Shown here in pieces: positions 51,770 to 64,000 of a DNA stretch of 64,000 bases (positions are counted from its first letter, which is position 1; each line of letters opens with the position of its first letter). Under the pieces are notes generated by a model, which did no database searches, had not been told where the DNA came from, and worked only from the letters and a program-made list of their open reading frames with translations. Made by a program: the position numbers and the translations under genes. This DNA is from Octopus vulgaris (lineage: Eukaryota): assembly GCA_951406725.2 (NCBI GenBank), contig OX597820.1:96906001-96970000 (forward strand), read 5' to 3'.

Positions 51770-51997
51770 GGAAAAATTCAATTGTCACTAAGTGTGACTT
51801 AGAATGCCAAAGCACTTACATTGCTAGAAATAGAAATTAAAAATACTCTTAATGCTGTAGGAAGAGCACAAAATGATGCATGTTAGCATATGTGTATACA
51901 TTTTGTGCTCTTCCTACATTTTGTGCTCTTCTTATTTCTAGCAATGTAGGTACTTCACCATTCTTAGTCACACTTAGTGATGACTGAATTTTCCTTT
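51769..51997. repeat. Imperfect foldback between (TA)n tracts
   Basis: tcactaagtgtgact/agtcacacttagtga, acattgctagaaata/tatttctagcaatgt and tgtaggaagagcacaaaatg/cattttgtgctcttcctaca pair in nested order. Confidence 0.8.
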
Positions 51998-52037
51998 ATG
52001 GTATCACATTGTGCCTAGCAGTTTATATATATATATA

Positions 52038-52167
52038 TATATTATATTAAATTAGAGACAAAACCACTATTAGGCAAATCAAACAATGAAAAACTTAAGC
52101 CAATACATAAGTTTTTCATTGTTTGATTTGCCTAATAGTGGTTTTGTCTCTAATTTAATATAATATA
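52038..52167. repeat. Perfect hairpin, 60-bp arms, 10-nt loop, inside (TA)n
   Basis: 52038-52097 is the exact reverse complement of 52108-52167. Confidence 0.92.
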
Positions 52168-52246
52168 ATATTTTACTATAAAATTGGATTCAATCCTAAA
52201 TCTGATTTTTCCCTGTAAGTTTGGATTTATTCCCTAATATTTATTA

Positions 52247-52290
<44 letters not shown>

Positions 52291-52478
52291 AATTTGTCAT
52301 TATTAAGCTGGTGTTTGGAATTGAATTTTGCATAAAATTTTGTTGGAAGGTTTTAATTTAGATAACTTTAAACTAGGAAGTAATCTTGGGCAGGTTGGTA
52401 TCAAAGGGTTAAGACAGAACTGCCACATACAAAGTGGGAAAAAATTGGGAGTTCATGGTTGCAAAATAGACTTCTTAA

Positions 52479-52698
52479 CCCTTTTGTTACCAACCCGGCT
52501 GAAACCGGCTCTGACTCTGAGTACAAATGTCTTGTTTTTATAAGTTTCGAATTAAAATGTTCCACCAAACCTTAGTCACAATTTATGTTCCTAACACTAG
52601 CTTAACGATAACTAAGTTATTTTATTAAATTCTTTGTTATATTCAAAGTAATTGAAAGAAATACAGAGCATCTCAAAATATATACCGTAATGAAAGGG
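52479..52698. mobile_element. piggyBac-type MITE
   Basis: TTAA-CCCTTT...AAAGGG-TTAA. Partial relatives at 44196-44270, 44935-45050, 48790-48890 and 52290-52352. Confidence 0.85.
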
Positions 52699-54073
52699 TT
52701 AAGCATGCAGTCATTTGAACTCCTTACGTGGTGGAATTTTACACTTTTTATTATTCAGATTACTCTGTCACATGTAATGCTCATTCATCCACATTGTTTG
52801 AATTACTCATGCATTATCTTGTAGCTTCAAGATTTCACTAATGTGATTATCTATACTTGAAAGGTAGGTGTGTGAAGCCGGATCTGTCTGTTGCAACGTA
52901 AAACAGGTAGAACATTTGGGTTGGATATTTCCAGTTTAAACGCTATCTGGATTGGTTTATTTTTCTGCTTTATTATAAGCCAGCAGGGTGGGGGGGTTAT
53001 TGTTTTTTTACTACAGAATATCCTTGTTGCTGCTAACCATTCAACCATGAAGAAGGAGTGTTACATACCTTTTGTCAGTCAGACAAATTAGGTTAGTTAT
53101 GTTTATTATTAACTCCAGATCAACCTTGACCTAAGATCAACCGCTCTCCAGTTTTCTTTTCAGTGTGTCAAAATCCACATAATCCCATGTGCCCTTTGTA
53201 CTTTGAGACAGTAAGCGGGTGGGTGCCGAAGAAGATTTGGCTGCTATTTTTAGCAGATCCAGTAACTACATAGCTCAGTCGAGTTTATGTCTCCAGGTGT
53301 ATAGCAGCACAACAACTGCAGTAGGATTGTCATGTTAACTACAGTAACTCCATTGTTGTAAATTCAAATCTACAAGGACTTCCTTGTATTTGAGAGTAGA
53401 TCATCACAATTTACTTTACCTCACACCACCTAGATCGGTCACAGGCCGCTCAAGAGACTCTGACTAGCACAGCTAATACAAAATTACCCTTTTTTTTTCT
53501 AGTGTAGTACCACCTGCTTCTCAAAAATAGTTGCTTGTACTTGATTTTAAATATTAGGTAACAGGCTTTTAAGAAAAAAAAATCCTTACAATTGATGGCA
53601 TGCTATCCAAGGTTAGATTCATCTTTTATCAACATTACTCCAGAGATCAGTGTTGAGCACTAACCTAACAGATCATTTCTGATTTGACTAAGAAGTCACT
53701 AATTACTTTATTTATTAATTTCCCATAATCCATCGCTGTTTTGGGGCATTTCAATCTTTTTTTTTTTTTTTTTGTTAAGGCATTGGACTGGGGCCATTCT
53801 GAGGCACTACCTTGAAGGGTTTAATTGAACAAGCTAACCTCGGTACTTATTTTTTTTAAACTGTTACTTATTCTGTCAGTCTCTTGGGCCAAAACTCTAA
53901 GTTACAGGGATGTAAACAAACCAGCACCAACCATCAAGAGTTGTAGAGGGGAACAAATACAAACACAAAGACATACACATATGCACATGTGTGTGTGTGT
54001 ATGTGTGTGTGTGTGCACGTGTGTGTGTGCACATGTGTGTGTGTGTGTGCACATGTGTGTGTGTGTGCACATG

Positions 54074-54137
<64 letters not shown>

Positions 54138-55992
54138 CGTGTGTCTTTCTTCCTTCCAGAGATTTGAGGTAACACCTCAATTATAAAGTTTAAAGCTAAG
54201 TCATTACACCTAAGTGAATATAACATGCTAGCTTGTACCAAACTTTGCTTTCAGTTGCCTTCAGTACCTACATAAAGGAGGAGTAAAGATACCCTTTGGT
54301 CACAAATAATCATGGGATTGCACCTAAAAAGGTCCCCTCCTAGGCACAAGTCTGGGCAAAGTTGTTTGTGGAAGACCAGCAGCCGCCCATGCATATCAGC
54401 CTTCCCTCTCTATGCCACCAGTTATCCAAGAGAAATGAAAAGGCTGATACAGCTTGGCACCAGTGACACCACAACTCATTTCTACAGTTGAGTGAACTGG
54501 AGCAACATGAAATAAAGTGTCTTGCTCAAGAACACAACACACAGCCTGGTCCGGGAATCGAACTCACAACCTCATAATCATAAGCTCAACACTCTAACCA
54601 CTGAGCCATGCACTTTCACTCTAACTACTGAGCCATGCAGGCAATTATAGATACTCTCTCAGCGCTCCCACTCTTTAAATGCCATCAAGTCCCAAATCTT
54701 TATGAAACAGGCAGAGGTGGGTCACCTTTTGGACTCCTTGCTTTAGACACATGCACAGGCTTTTTTTCAGATATCCAAACCTAGTAAACAATCATCTTTA
54801 GAGATTGGCAATAATAATTAGCTGGAGGAGTCAGTCAGTTAATAGTTAATTAGCATTGATAATTTGTAATGACACAAAGAAAGCATTAACTACACTAAGT
54901 TGTTCCAGTTTACCAAACCCAAACCCAAACCTATATGAGTATAGTGCATAAATACAATACATGAATGTTCTAAATCTGTGGTTCTCAGCCACATTTTGTC
55001 TGTGGACCCCTTTGATTCCTGTTTTACATTACTGGATCACCATAGCCATTCAATGTATGTAAAAAATTCCTACTGTATTTGTATTCCAATTTCGTCGCCC
55101 TTTTCAAGTCTAGCCAGGCACATGGGCCCGGTTTCCCGGTTTCTGTGGCGTATGTGTTCCCCCCAGCTGGATGGGATGCCAGTCCATCGCAGCATTACTC
55201 AAGAAACAGGAAGAGAGAGTGAGAAAAAGTTGTGGCGAAAGAGTACAGCAGGGTTCGCCACCACCCCCTGCCGGGGCCTCGTGGAGCTTTTAGGTGTTTT
55301 TGCTCAGTAAACACACACAACGCCCAGTCTGGGAATCGAAACTTTGAACATTAGGCCACATACCTTCACATGTACAGACATTACCTTTTTCACTGATATT
55401 TTATTCTTAGGCCTCCTAAGAGCCAAGCAAATTGTGCAAATGGCGTTAACAGCAAAATGTAAACATATTACTTTAACCCTGACTACAAAACTTATGAATA
55501 TTGCAAAAACTAGGAAGTGATACATTGATAAGAACCCAAGATGCAGAACATTATATAATATTCCTCATCATTATCATCGGCAGCAGCAGCAGCAGCAGTA
55601 GTTTTTGTTGTTTTGAGTTTGGTGCAAAACACACCTTAAGAATTAATCTGTGAAAGGGACCCTTAAGCCCCTCTTTCTTCTTTCCAGAAACTCAAGGCAG
55701 CACCTTGGGCAATAGAGGTTGCCAGTTATAAAACTTAAAGCTAAGCCATTACTCACAAATGGGTATTGACCTGGTGCCTTGTACCAAACAAGATGTTTCA
55801 GGTGCCAATGTAGATGCAAACAGACATAGATACTGCTATGTCAGCCTTCCCACACTTTTCATGCTGCCATTGGTTGGACAGTTCAGCAGGATTCAAGAAA
55901 TTAGGGGACACTGTCAGGCTCCAGTGTCTGCTTTGACATGGCTTCTACAGCCGAATGCCTTTATTAATACCAATCAGCTTTTTTATGGACAA

Positions 55993-56448
55993 CTAGCAGT
56001 ATTGCCCGGCGGTGCTCGGGTTTGTAAGAGAAATAACTATATAAGCATTTTTAGAGAGTTACTTCCCTTATATAAACCGAGCAAAAAATCATTAAAAATG
56101 CGGAAAAATGATGGTAAATTTTTTTTTAAATCGTAGACTCATTGTAAACGCGCGCTAATACCCAGAAGGGCTCGATATGAATCACGACTATAAGATACCC
56201 ACTTTTGGTTAAACTGCACCGCAAAATGTGGGAGTAGTTAGGAATCTAAATCGGAGTAGACAGACACACACACAACTTCATTTTTATATATAAAGATAGA
56301 CACGCGCTAATACCCAGAAGGGCTCGATATGAATCACGACTATAAGATACCCACTTTTGGTTAAACTGCACCGCAAAATGTGGGAGTAGTTAGGAATCTA
56401 AATCGGAGTAGACAGACACACACACAACTTCATTTTTATATATAAAGA
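55993..56448 (-). mobile_element. Non-autonomous Helitron (same family as 34519-35035) with duplicated 5' end
   Basis: CTAG at 55993-55996 with hairpin cccgagcaccgccggg. The 152-bp 5' unit is present twice (TC starts at 56296 and 56448). Confidence 0.92.
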
Positions 56449-57008
56449 TATGCAAATTCAGTCAGTAACAATATCATCAGAGCAATTTAATAGTGTATAT
56501 TAAGCAAGTCTTCTCTGGAAATGCTTGCCTCATAAAATTTTAGCTACAGGTACTAAACATTTACCATTTCACACCAATTAACAAATGTATTCTATTGGGA
56601 ACTGACTATACTGCAGGGCTTCAGCAAGAGAATTTTATATTTAAGCTACTAGCAGTGAATCTGTCCATTATAAGAGGAGTTCATACTAAAGTCTAATTAT
56701 ATGAAGCAGTTAACACTATATTATTTTATTATTTGTACCTAAAGTTTTTACTGGTTCAGATAGTCTCTTACTCTTAACTAGTCACCTGCAGGCCAGATTA
56801 AAGAGATTCAACTTATACAGAATCTAATATTTACCAGACCTCTTATTCAGCTTCCAGAAATCCAGAAATACTGTGCAATTATCATACAATACACTGTACC
56901 CTGCTTATAAAATTGGTTAATTTGCATGTGGTATGTTACAAGCAGTTTTGTTTTTAAGTGGATTGATAAAGATTAAAGATACTCTGCTTTGGAAGTAATA
57001 TTAATTTG

Positions 57009-57416
57009 GGATCTTTTCGGTTTGAACGGCAGTTTTTTCTAGCGGTATCATATGAAATTGTCACCCATAATTATGACCCTAGAATCGATCTATTGCATTT
57101 CAATCTCTTTTAGGGTTAGGGGTGGGAGAAGAGTATCTTTTTTTCTTCACAAATGTAAATAAACCCAATCTGTTTCTTAAACGAGGGACATATTCATACG
57201 GCACAGAATGTTTTTTTACCTCAATAGACGTCAGTGATTGGCTGAAATTGCAGAAATTGAAGAAAAAAAACAAATATGTTACAAACTGTAGAATTTTCTC
57301 AATAAAGCCAAGAGAAAAAGATGTTTTATAAACACATTCTACCAGCATACGAAGTTTAAAATTTTTTAGTTACCTAGAAATTATGTTAAAAACTGCCGTT
57401 CAAACCGAAAAGATCC
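57009..57416 (+). mobile_element. Second copy of the GGATC-TIR MITE
   Basis: Perfect terminal inverted repeats; exact 8-bp TSD ttaatttg at 57001-57008 and 57417-57424. Confidence 0.93.
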
Positions 57417-57545
57417 TTAATTTGTACTGGCATCAGCTAAATACAATCATGTTCTTTATTTTTCTTCATTTAATATTCATCTTATAAACATTACATTGAA
57501 TACATGGTACAGTATGTTATATTTTAAGAATTTTAAGTGGCTTAA

Positions 57546-57766
57546 CCCTTTAGCATTTAAACCGGCCACATCCAGCCAAAAATATTCTACCTGTTTTATG
57601 TTCAAACTGGCCAGATCTGGTCTCTCACACCAACCCTACAATATTGTTTAAAAAATTAACAGCTACCTTATCAAATTCTCATAGTTACAAGATAATGCAT
57701 GATTAGTTCAAAACAATGTAGATGAAGAAGCATTAATTTTGGTAGAATAATGCGAACACTAAAGGG
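57546..57766. mobile_element. piggyBac-type MITE, second family
   Basis: TTAA-CCCTTTAG...CTAAAGGG-TTAA. Partial copies near 41312, 44497-44716 and 46940-46988. Confidence 0.85.
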
Positions 57767-58667
57767 TTAATTAATATCAAACAGATCCTGCTTCAGAAAT
57801 GTATTAATTTGAATTTGTTAGATGTGATTTAGTTCTTTACTTTTAGTAGTTTATTTTATATTCTAAGTATATATTTAGCTGTGTCCATAAAACTGGAATA
57901 TCCAGATATCTGGTTGTTTTATGTCCAGTCCCCAGCTTGCCAAATGATTGGTCTGGTACAGTACTTGTAGCAACAGTGTCAGCAGTAGGAATCTTAAGTG
58001 AAAGTACATATCTCTATGAACAGTGTACAACTTCCTGAACTAAATTATATTATACCTGCTTGTCAGGTATGAACATGACTTTATTAATGAAATCATTAGA
58101 TTAAGTAAGTATTTAACAAGGAAGATGACGAAATATGATTCTAAAGTAGTTTGCAAATGGGTAGTTTATTATTAGCTACTCTAAGATGCCTGAAGTACAT
58201 TCACAAAACGAATAAAGCTCAATTTAGCTACTCATTTAGATTTGTCACGTATTCATGAAACTTAAATTCATCAAAAACTATGAAGAGCACTTCACATCTT
58301 TCTAGTTACTCAACACGCATCACATGGACAACTTCACTAAGTAAATAGTAAATTTCGTTAGTATGAAAATAGGTAAACGTTATTTTACTATATTGTGCCT
58401 ACAGGGTGCCCTCTCTTCAAATTGATCTCATGAGATTTTTCCTACAACTAAATTATCATGCAATTAGCGATTTTTATGAAGACTTTGGATTGTACTTTGG
58501 TAACCACGAATTGTATACACACGTCCGCTAGATACCAATTTTTAGAACTTTTCTAACCGTATCAACGTCTGATTAGCTAAAGTAACTAGGAGTTACGACA
58601 TCCTAATTCTTCCAAATGGCTTTAGCAGAATAAGGAAGGATAATTTGTTATAACTACGAGACGGTAC

Positions 58668-58699
58668 CTATTCGTTATCTTTCGTGAGTTCGAAGACAT
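58668..58699 (-). CDS. Candidate coding exon 1 of an uncharacterised 75-aa protein (MSSNSRKITN+AG)
   Basis: Minus strand reads gaaaATG TCT TCG AAC TCA CGA AAG ATA ACG AAT AG|gtaccg in a CpG-retaining region. Ends in phase 2, matching the candidate exon at 43919-43965. Confidence 0.55.
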
Positions 58700-59850
58700 T
58701 TTCTTCCAAGACGTCATCACACGCGCATACACACACAAATTTTGTTTTATTTTTCATAAAGTTCAAAGCCGCCTGGAGATAAATGTTAAATTAAAAGTTT
58801 TAACATTTGGCACAGAGCACTGTCTAGCATATTCGTCCCAGCATTTCGATAATTTTTAATTTATTAATGAAAGCTGTTTTCTAATATTTTGTTATATAAA
58901 AAAAAGTATACTCGCAATTTTCTTTTTTTAGATTTAAGTTAATACGTTAAGATTAACCAAAATATTTTGGAGATATTTAGATTTCAGTTTTTTGGCGTGA
59001 AGCTAACAATTTCTCACTTGGTTTTCGATGAAAGAGTTCTATTTAAATTAAAATTTTATTTTAGGGTATCCTATTACAAAATTTAATAATGAAATTCGAT
59101 TGGTGAAAATAGGTTATTCTTACAAAAGCACGAAAAGGGGTAATTTTTTTTTTTAAGTGGGGAATTAGATGTGGGAAGTGGGACAATTATTCGTTTCTTT
59201 AAGATATTTTAAATAAAGGCTGAAGCTTTTAGTTTCCTTATCCAATTTACTTTTAACATCGTTGATCGAACATCTAGTAGAGGAAGACAGAAAAAAAGCT
59301 GGTTTTAGGGATTAAAACAAAATTATAATGTTAGTTTTTAAAAAAACAACAGGATTAATAAATCGATTGCAACCAGAAAATAAATTGATTCGCAAAGAAA
59401 TAGCCGGAACGAGCGGAAGGTCGTGAACCGGAAGTAGTTAATACTTTTCTGAACACGCGAATATACAGACTTTTTTCTCCTTTCGACAGTTTATGTACTT
59501 GTTCGACACATAGAGAGAGACAGAAAGGGAGAGAGAGAGACAGAAAGCAAGAGAGAGAGAGAAGGAAAGAGAGAGAGAAAGAAAGAGAGAGAAAGAGTGT
59601 ACGTGTGTGTGGTATATAAATATATAAATAAATATATATATATATATATACACACAGACGTGCATATCACATGCACATATACACATAGCACCTACATACA
59701 CACCCCCATATATATATAATATATATACATACACACGCACGCACGCACACGCATACACACACACATACATACTCGCGATATATATACGTGGCAGTGGCCT
59801 GTCTTGTCAATAATCAGTGTTTTCTTGTACGTGTCGGAAGATAATCTAAT
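58700..59850. promoter_or_regulatory. Probable bidirectional promoter
   Basis: CpG retained relative to the rest of the window. CRE-like GACGTCA at 58710-58716; ETS cores CCGGAA/GCGGAAG/ACCGGAAGT at 59404-59435; divergent ATG-plus-donor exons on each side. Confidence 0.6.
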
Positions 59851-59857
59851 ATGTGTG
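59851..59857 (+). CDS. Candidate first coding exon Met-Cys-Gly of an Ntn-type glutamine amidotransferase, possibly GFAT/GFPT
   Basis: aatATG TGT G|gtaagt: A at -3 and a perfect donor, downstream of an ETS cluster. MCG is the N-terminus of class II glutamine amidotransferases, and as I recall vertebrate GFPT1 has a 7-nt first coding exon. No following G-I-F exon is visible in the window. Confidence 0.5.
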
Positions 59858-60633
59858 GTAAGTAAGCATTTAATTTTTACTTCGTCCTGCTTATTGCTTT
59901 TGTGCGTAAAAAACATAATTATTAAGGAACATTTAAATGTCGGAGTAATTTCTTAATTTGGATTATTTTTTTTCATTTATTTATCAGTTGACAATATACA
60001 TTTGGCATGTATATATTGTAACGTATGTATAATGCTAATTTCATGTAATAAATATATTAGCATTTAATTGCATGGTAAGCTCGTTTTTTTTTTTTATCAA
60101 GCTGGATTGTCTTTTTGGGGTGTTTTTTTTTTGTACAAGTGTGCCGAAGAGTATACTCTTCATCAGTTTTATAAATTTAATAAAATTCACTTGGATCCCT
60201 AGATTCAATTAAATATTTGATTTATAGATTGCGATAATGATTACAATCACTATTTTTTGCTTTAACTTCTTTTTTTTTTACTAATTATCACAGTTTATTT
60301 ACTGGATTCATTGTTTTTGATTTAATAAGAAAAAAATCTCCAACTGAAATATTATCAACTTTCTGAAATTTGCTATAATTCTAGCTTAAAGTTCTAGTAA
60401 TAGGATTTCGTTTCTTAAACCATCCGACACCACTTTCATCTCTTGTACCGGTAATATATCAGGTAGTTTGTTCGTTCTGAGATGTTATTTACACAAAGAA
60501 GAACCTTGTGTGTATAATAAAACAAAACCTTATACAGAGTCAGCAACATGCTTATCGCATCGTTACTATGATACGAACATTGGTAGCATCCGATAAAAAT
60601 CTATAATTCGGATAGATTATAATTAACTGGCAT

Positions 60634-61491
60634 TCGTAATGCATGCCGTTTGAAAGGTATTCATATACAATTTCATTAAAAGATATTTATTTTCCTCAAA
60701 GTTATGGGCGAAAAACTCGGATCTTGTGAATTTTCCGAAGTCCTCTACCCACCCTCTCATAAAAGATTTTACCCGTAAATTTCTTTATAATCGTAATCTA
60801 TGCTGTTTGAAAGGTATATATATATATAAAACTTCATTTAAAAAAACCCATTTTCCTAAAAGTTATGAGGGAAAAACTCAGATCTTGTGAATTTTCCGAA
60901 GTCCTCTACCCACCCTCTCGGAAAAGATTTTACCCGTAAATTTCTTTATAATCGAAATCTATGCTGTTTGAAAGGTATATATATATATAAAACTTAATTT
61001 AAAAAAACACCATTTTCCTAAAAGTTATGAGGGAAAAACTCGGATCTTGTGAATTTTCCGAAGTCCTCTACCCACCCTCTCGGAAAAGATTTTACCCGTA
61101 TCGTAATCTATGCTGTTTGAAAGGTATATATATATATATATAAAAAAACTTCATTTTAAAAAAAATCCATTTTCCTAAAAGTTATGAGGGAAAAACTAGG
61201 ATCTGGTGAATTTTCCGAAGTCATCTCCTCTCGTTACTTTCCGCGCATTTTTTGTTTTCATATTTGTTTCCTACACATTTTTTTTTTTACACCCGTTGCA
61301 CTATTTTGTTTTTCTTCGTTACTTTAACTCCCGGTCACCAAAACAAAACAAATGTAATAGGTGTACCCCACAAATTTCTTTGTAATCATAATCTATGCCG
61401 CTTGAAAGGTATTTCTATAAAATTTCGCTAATATATATTCATTTTCCTGAAAGTTATGAGGGGAAAAATCGGATCGTGTGAATTTTCCGAA
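60634..61491 (+). repeat. Tandem array of ~150-160-bp units
   Basis: Units start at 60634, 60791, 60952 and 61101, with a diverged one at 61386. Core tatgctgtttgaaaggtat..aaagttatgagggaaaaactcggatcttgtgaattttccgaa. Confidence 0.92.
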
Positions 61492-64000
61492 AGTCTTGTC
61501 CCCGCTTCACCCCCGTTCGTTTGCGCAGATTTTAGTTATCATATTCGTCTTCTACACTTTTTTTACATCTATTATACCTTTCTTCTTCTGTCAAGTATTC
61601 AGTATTCTTGTCTATATCATTACCTATCTGTCACTTTGACAGACCACTTAACTATATGCGAAAATCATCACCCGACGAAGGCAAAATTAAGGAGTTATTC
61701 TTTGTAAATAATCACCATTTTTTATAAATTACAGACGTGTACATTTCAAAACCCGACCGAACAATATATATTAAAAGTTATGCTCAACTTACTTACATAC
61801 ATTAATGACTTCATGCAAAAATAAATAAATAAATAGTTTATACTTTATTTTTTGTATATTTATTTATTACTTTAGTTGAGTCCAAGTTAACGTCCTGCTT
61901 ATCTGGCGAATAAGATTAAAACTTGTTTTCTTTTTGCCCCCTTTAATTCTTCGCACTTGTACATTACTTAATCCTATTAATCCGGGCTGACGGGACATAT
62001 TTTCTTTTCAAATACTTTTGTCAGTTTATATAATTAATTAACAAATTTCTTGGCACACAAGCTTGATGTAGATGGTGATACTGCACATTTTTGACATAAC
62101 TCTGAAGAAAAAGTTCATTTATATATACGCACACACATAAACATCGCATGTGTAGTTGTCATTCCAGTAAAGAGGCTGCTGTTATACACATTCACACATG
62201 CTTGTTCACCATTTACATGCACATAGATATATATAATAAAAATAAACAGAACAATGTAGGGATCTTTTCCCAATGTAGTACAGTTGCTGAGCTATTGACA
62301 ACATGGTTATGAGTTCACGTCTTACTACAGATCTTGTGGCCTTCAAACTAAAGACAGAACTTTGCTGCCCTCAATGGTAAGCAGTATCCTGTAGTAAAAA
62401 TTAAACCATAGCTGCTACACTAAAGATCATCTCACCTCTGCTAGCATTAGAAAATGTAAGGAGAATAATAAATAACAACCAATGTTTCGCTTACTCGAGT
62501 TTCTGCTTTAAGTAAACTGCTACACCCTCTTTAGGGTATAACATTAGCTAAAACTTACTTAGATGATCCGAATTTTTTTCCCTGTTGTATGTATTTTATT
62601 TATTTTGGTGGGGCCACTGAGTTTTAAAACGATCCGTTTCCATACATCAACGATATTTTTGGTAATGATTATAGTTTTGTATTTAGTCTTTGTACAATGT
62701 AATCTTTAACTATGACTAGGTATTGGCTTTCTTGTTTAAAAAAAAAAAATCTGTTGCCAGTAAACAGAAAATGTGAATACCCTTCTACATCCACTTTGCA
62801 AACCTTGCGTAAAGGCAAGCATCTTCAACTCCTTCCACACGTCCCACTTAAATTCCCTGTTGTTGGTTTTGGTAAATAGCTGTTTTTATTTATTTATTTA
62901 TTTTTGACATAGTTTTCTTTCGTTTGTTACTGTGTGTGCAAGCTGTGGAGGAGATTGCTATTTCCATTTTGAAATGAAAATTGCTTTAAGGCTTTGAATT
63001 GAACTATCTGCGAAAAAACCCTTTAACGGCATTTGCAGTAACACAGATGTTCATTAACATCAAAGTATATTCTTTTTTCACTCTAAGCACAAGGCCCGAA
63101 ATTTTGGGGGAGGAGGGACAGTCGATTAGATCGACTCCAGTACACCAACTAGCACTTAATCTATCAACCCCGAAAGGATAAAAGGCAAAGTCAACCTTGG
63201 CGGAATGAACTGTATATTGCAAATTCTGCATGCCTGGTCTTGTTCAGCGGCCTTGCAAATTTCCCCAACTAAATTCAATTTTAGCCTGGTTACAGAACTT
63301 ACCTCCCTTTAACCTTCCTATACTTACAACATCAAGGGCAGAAATAGCCTAGTTTTACGATGGCAATTCTTCAGCTCTCTTTATATTATGAACATTGCAA
63401 AGAGCATAGCCCTTCTTGTAGCTTTCAACCATCCTTCTAGAATAGATCAACAGCTTCCACATATTAACATCAGGTACTCAAGTTTAGTCTTTATACTATC
63501 TAGAATTTGGCATTTTTCCTGATTTTATGTGATATCAGTGATATCTACTTGGTTCCTACATAATATCCACAAGCATAATGTATTTGGCAGCTTTTTGAAT
63601 TTTCTACTTGCTATATTCTACAATGTTAAGATACACAATTCTATGAAACAGGAAGATATAATTTTAGAAATTTAGGTGAAAAGGCATTTTTTTTATATAG
63701 TGCAAACCATTCTTTAAAAATTAGAATTACACGTGTGGAATTTGGTAATGGGCAGTGAAAAATATGATTAACAGAAATTCTGCTAAATTTGTTATTTCCT
63801 TCTCTATAAGTACTCTGATATTTAGAAATGGTCTAAGATTGTCAAAGCCCCAAAGTGGAATGAAATATCTATAGTAGAACCCACAATGTGAACTGGTTGT
63901 CTAATACCTATACATTTACAGTACATAAACTGATTATAATTAACTGTATAATTCTTTCCCCCAAAGACTTCTGTACTGGTAGTGGGATAAGAACTTATCC

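Noticed and set aside
60146-60166. CTGATGA plus palindrome gaagagtatactcttc as a hammerhead
   Set aside because: No GAAA or stem III follows; it is only a short palindrome.

Overview
AT-rich, repeat-dense animal genomic DNA. The SINE families and microsatellite load suggest Octopus or another coleoid cephalopod (inference). Nearly all ORF-track entries are microsatellite or repeat artefacts. Host content appears to be a divergent, CpG-retaining promoter (~58.7-59.9 kb) between two genes. One is a minus-strand, phase-consistent 4-exon model (58699 to 3567) encoding a 75-aa protein I do not recognise. The other is a plus-strand gene whose first coding exon is ATGTGTG|gtaagt (Met-Cys-Gly, GFAT/Ntn-amidotransferase-like). 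The introns hold RTE, CR1, R4/Dong-like and Penelope-like retroelement remnants, Tc1/mariner, Chapaev3-like, Helitron (split by a solo LTR), MITEs and at least four SINE families. Three observations stand out: a ~950-bp inverted duplicate of the stop-codon exon (possible dsRNA/ADAR substrate, probably made by an inversion that split a SINE); several type I hammerhead-ribozyme motifs, one inside a tRNA-headed SINE; and R4/Dong-like fragments that repeatedly abut (ACAT)n. All calls were made by eye, without database searches.
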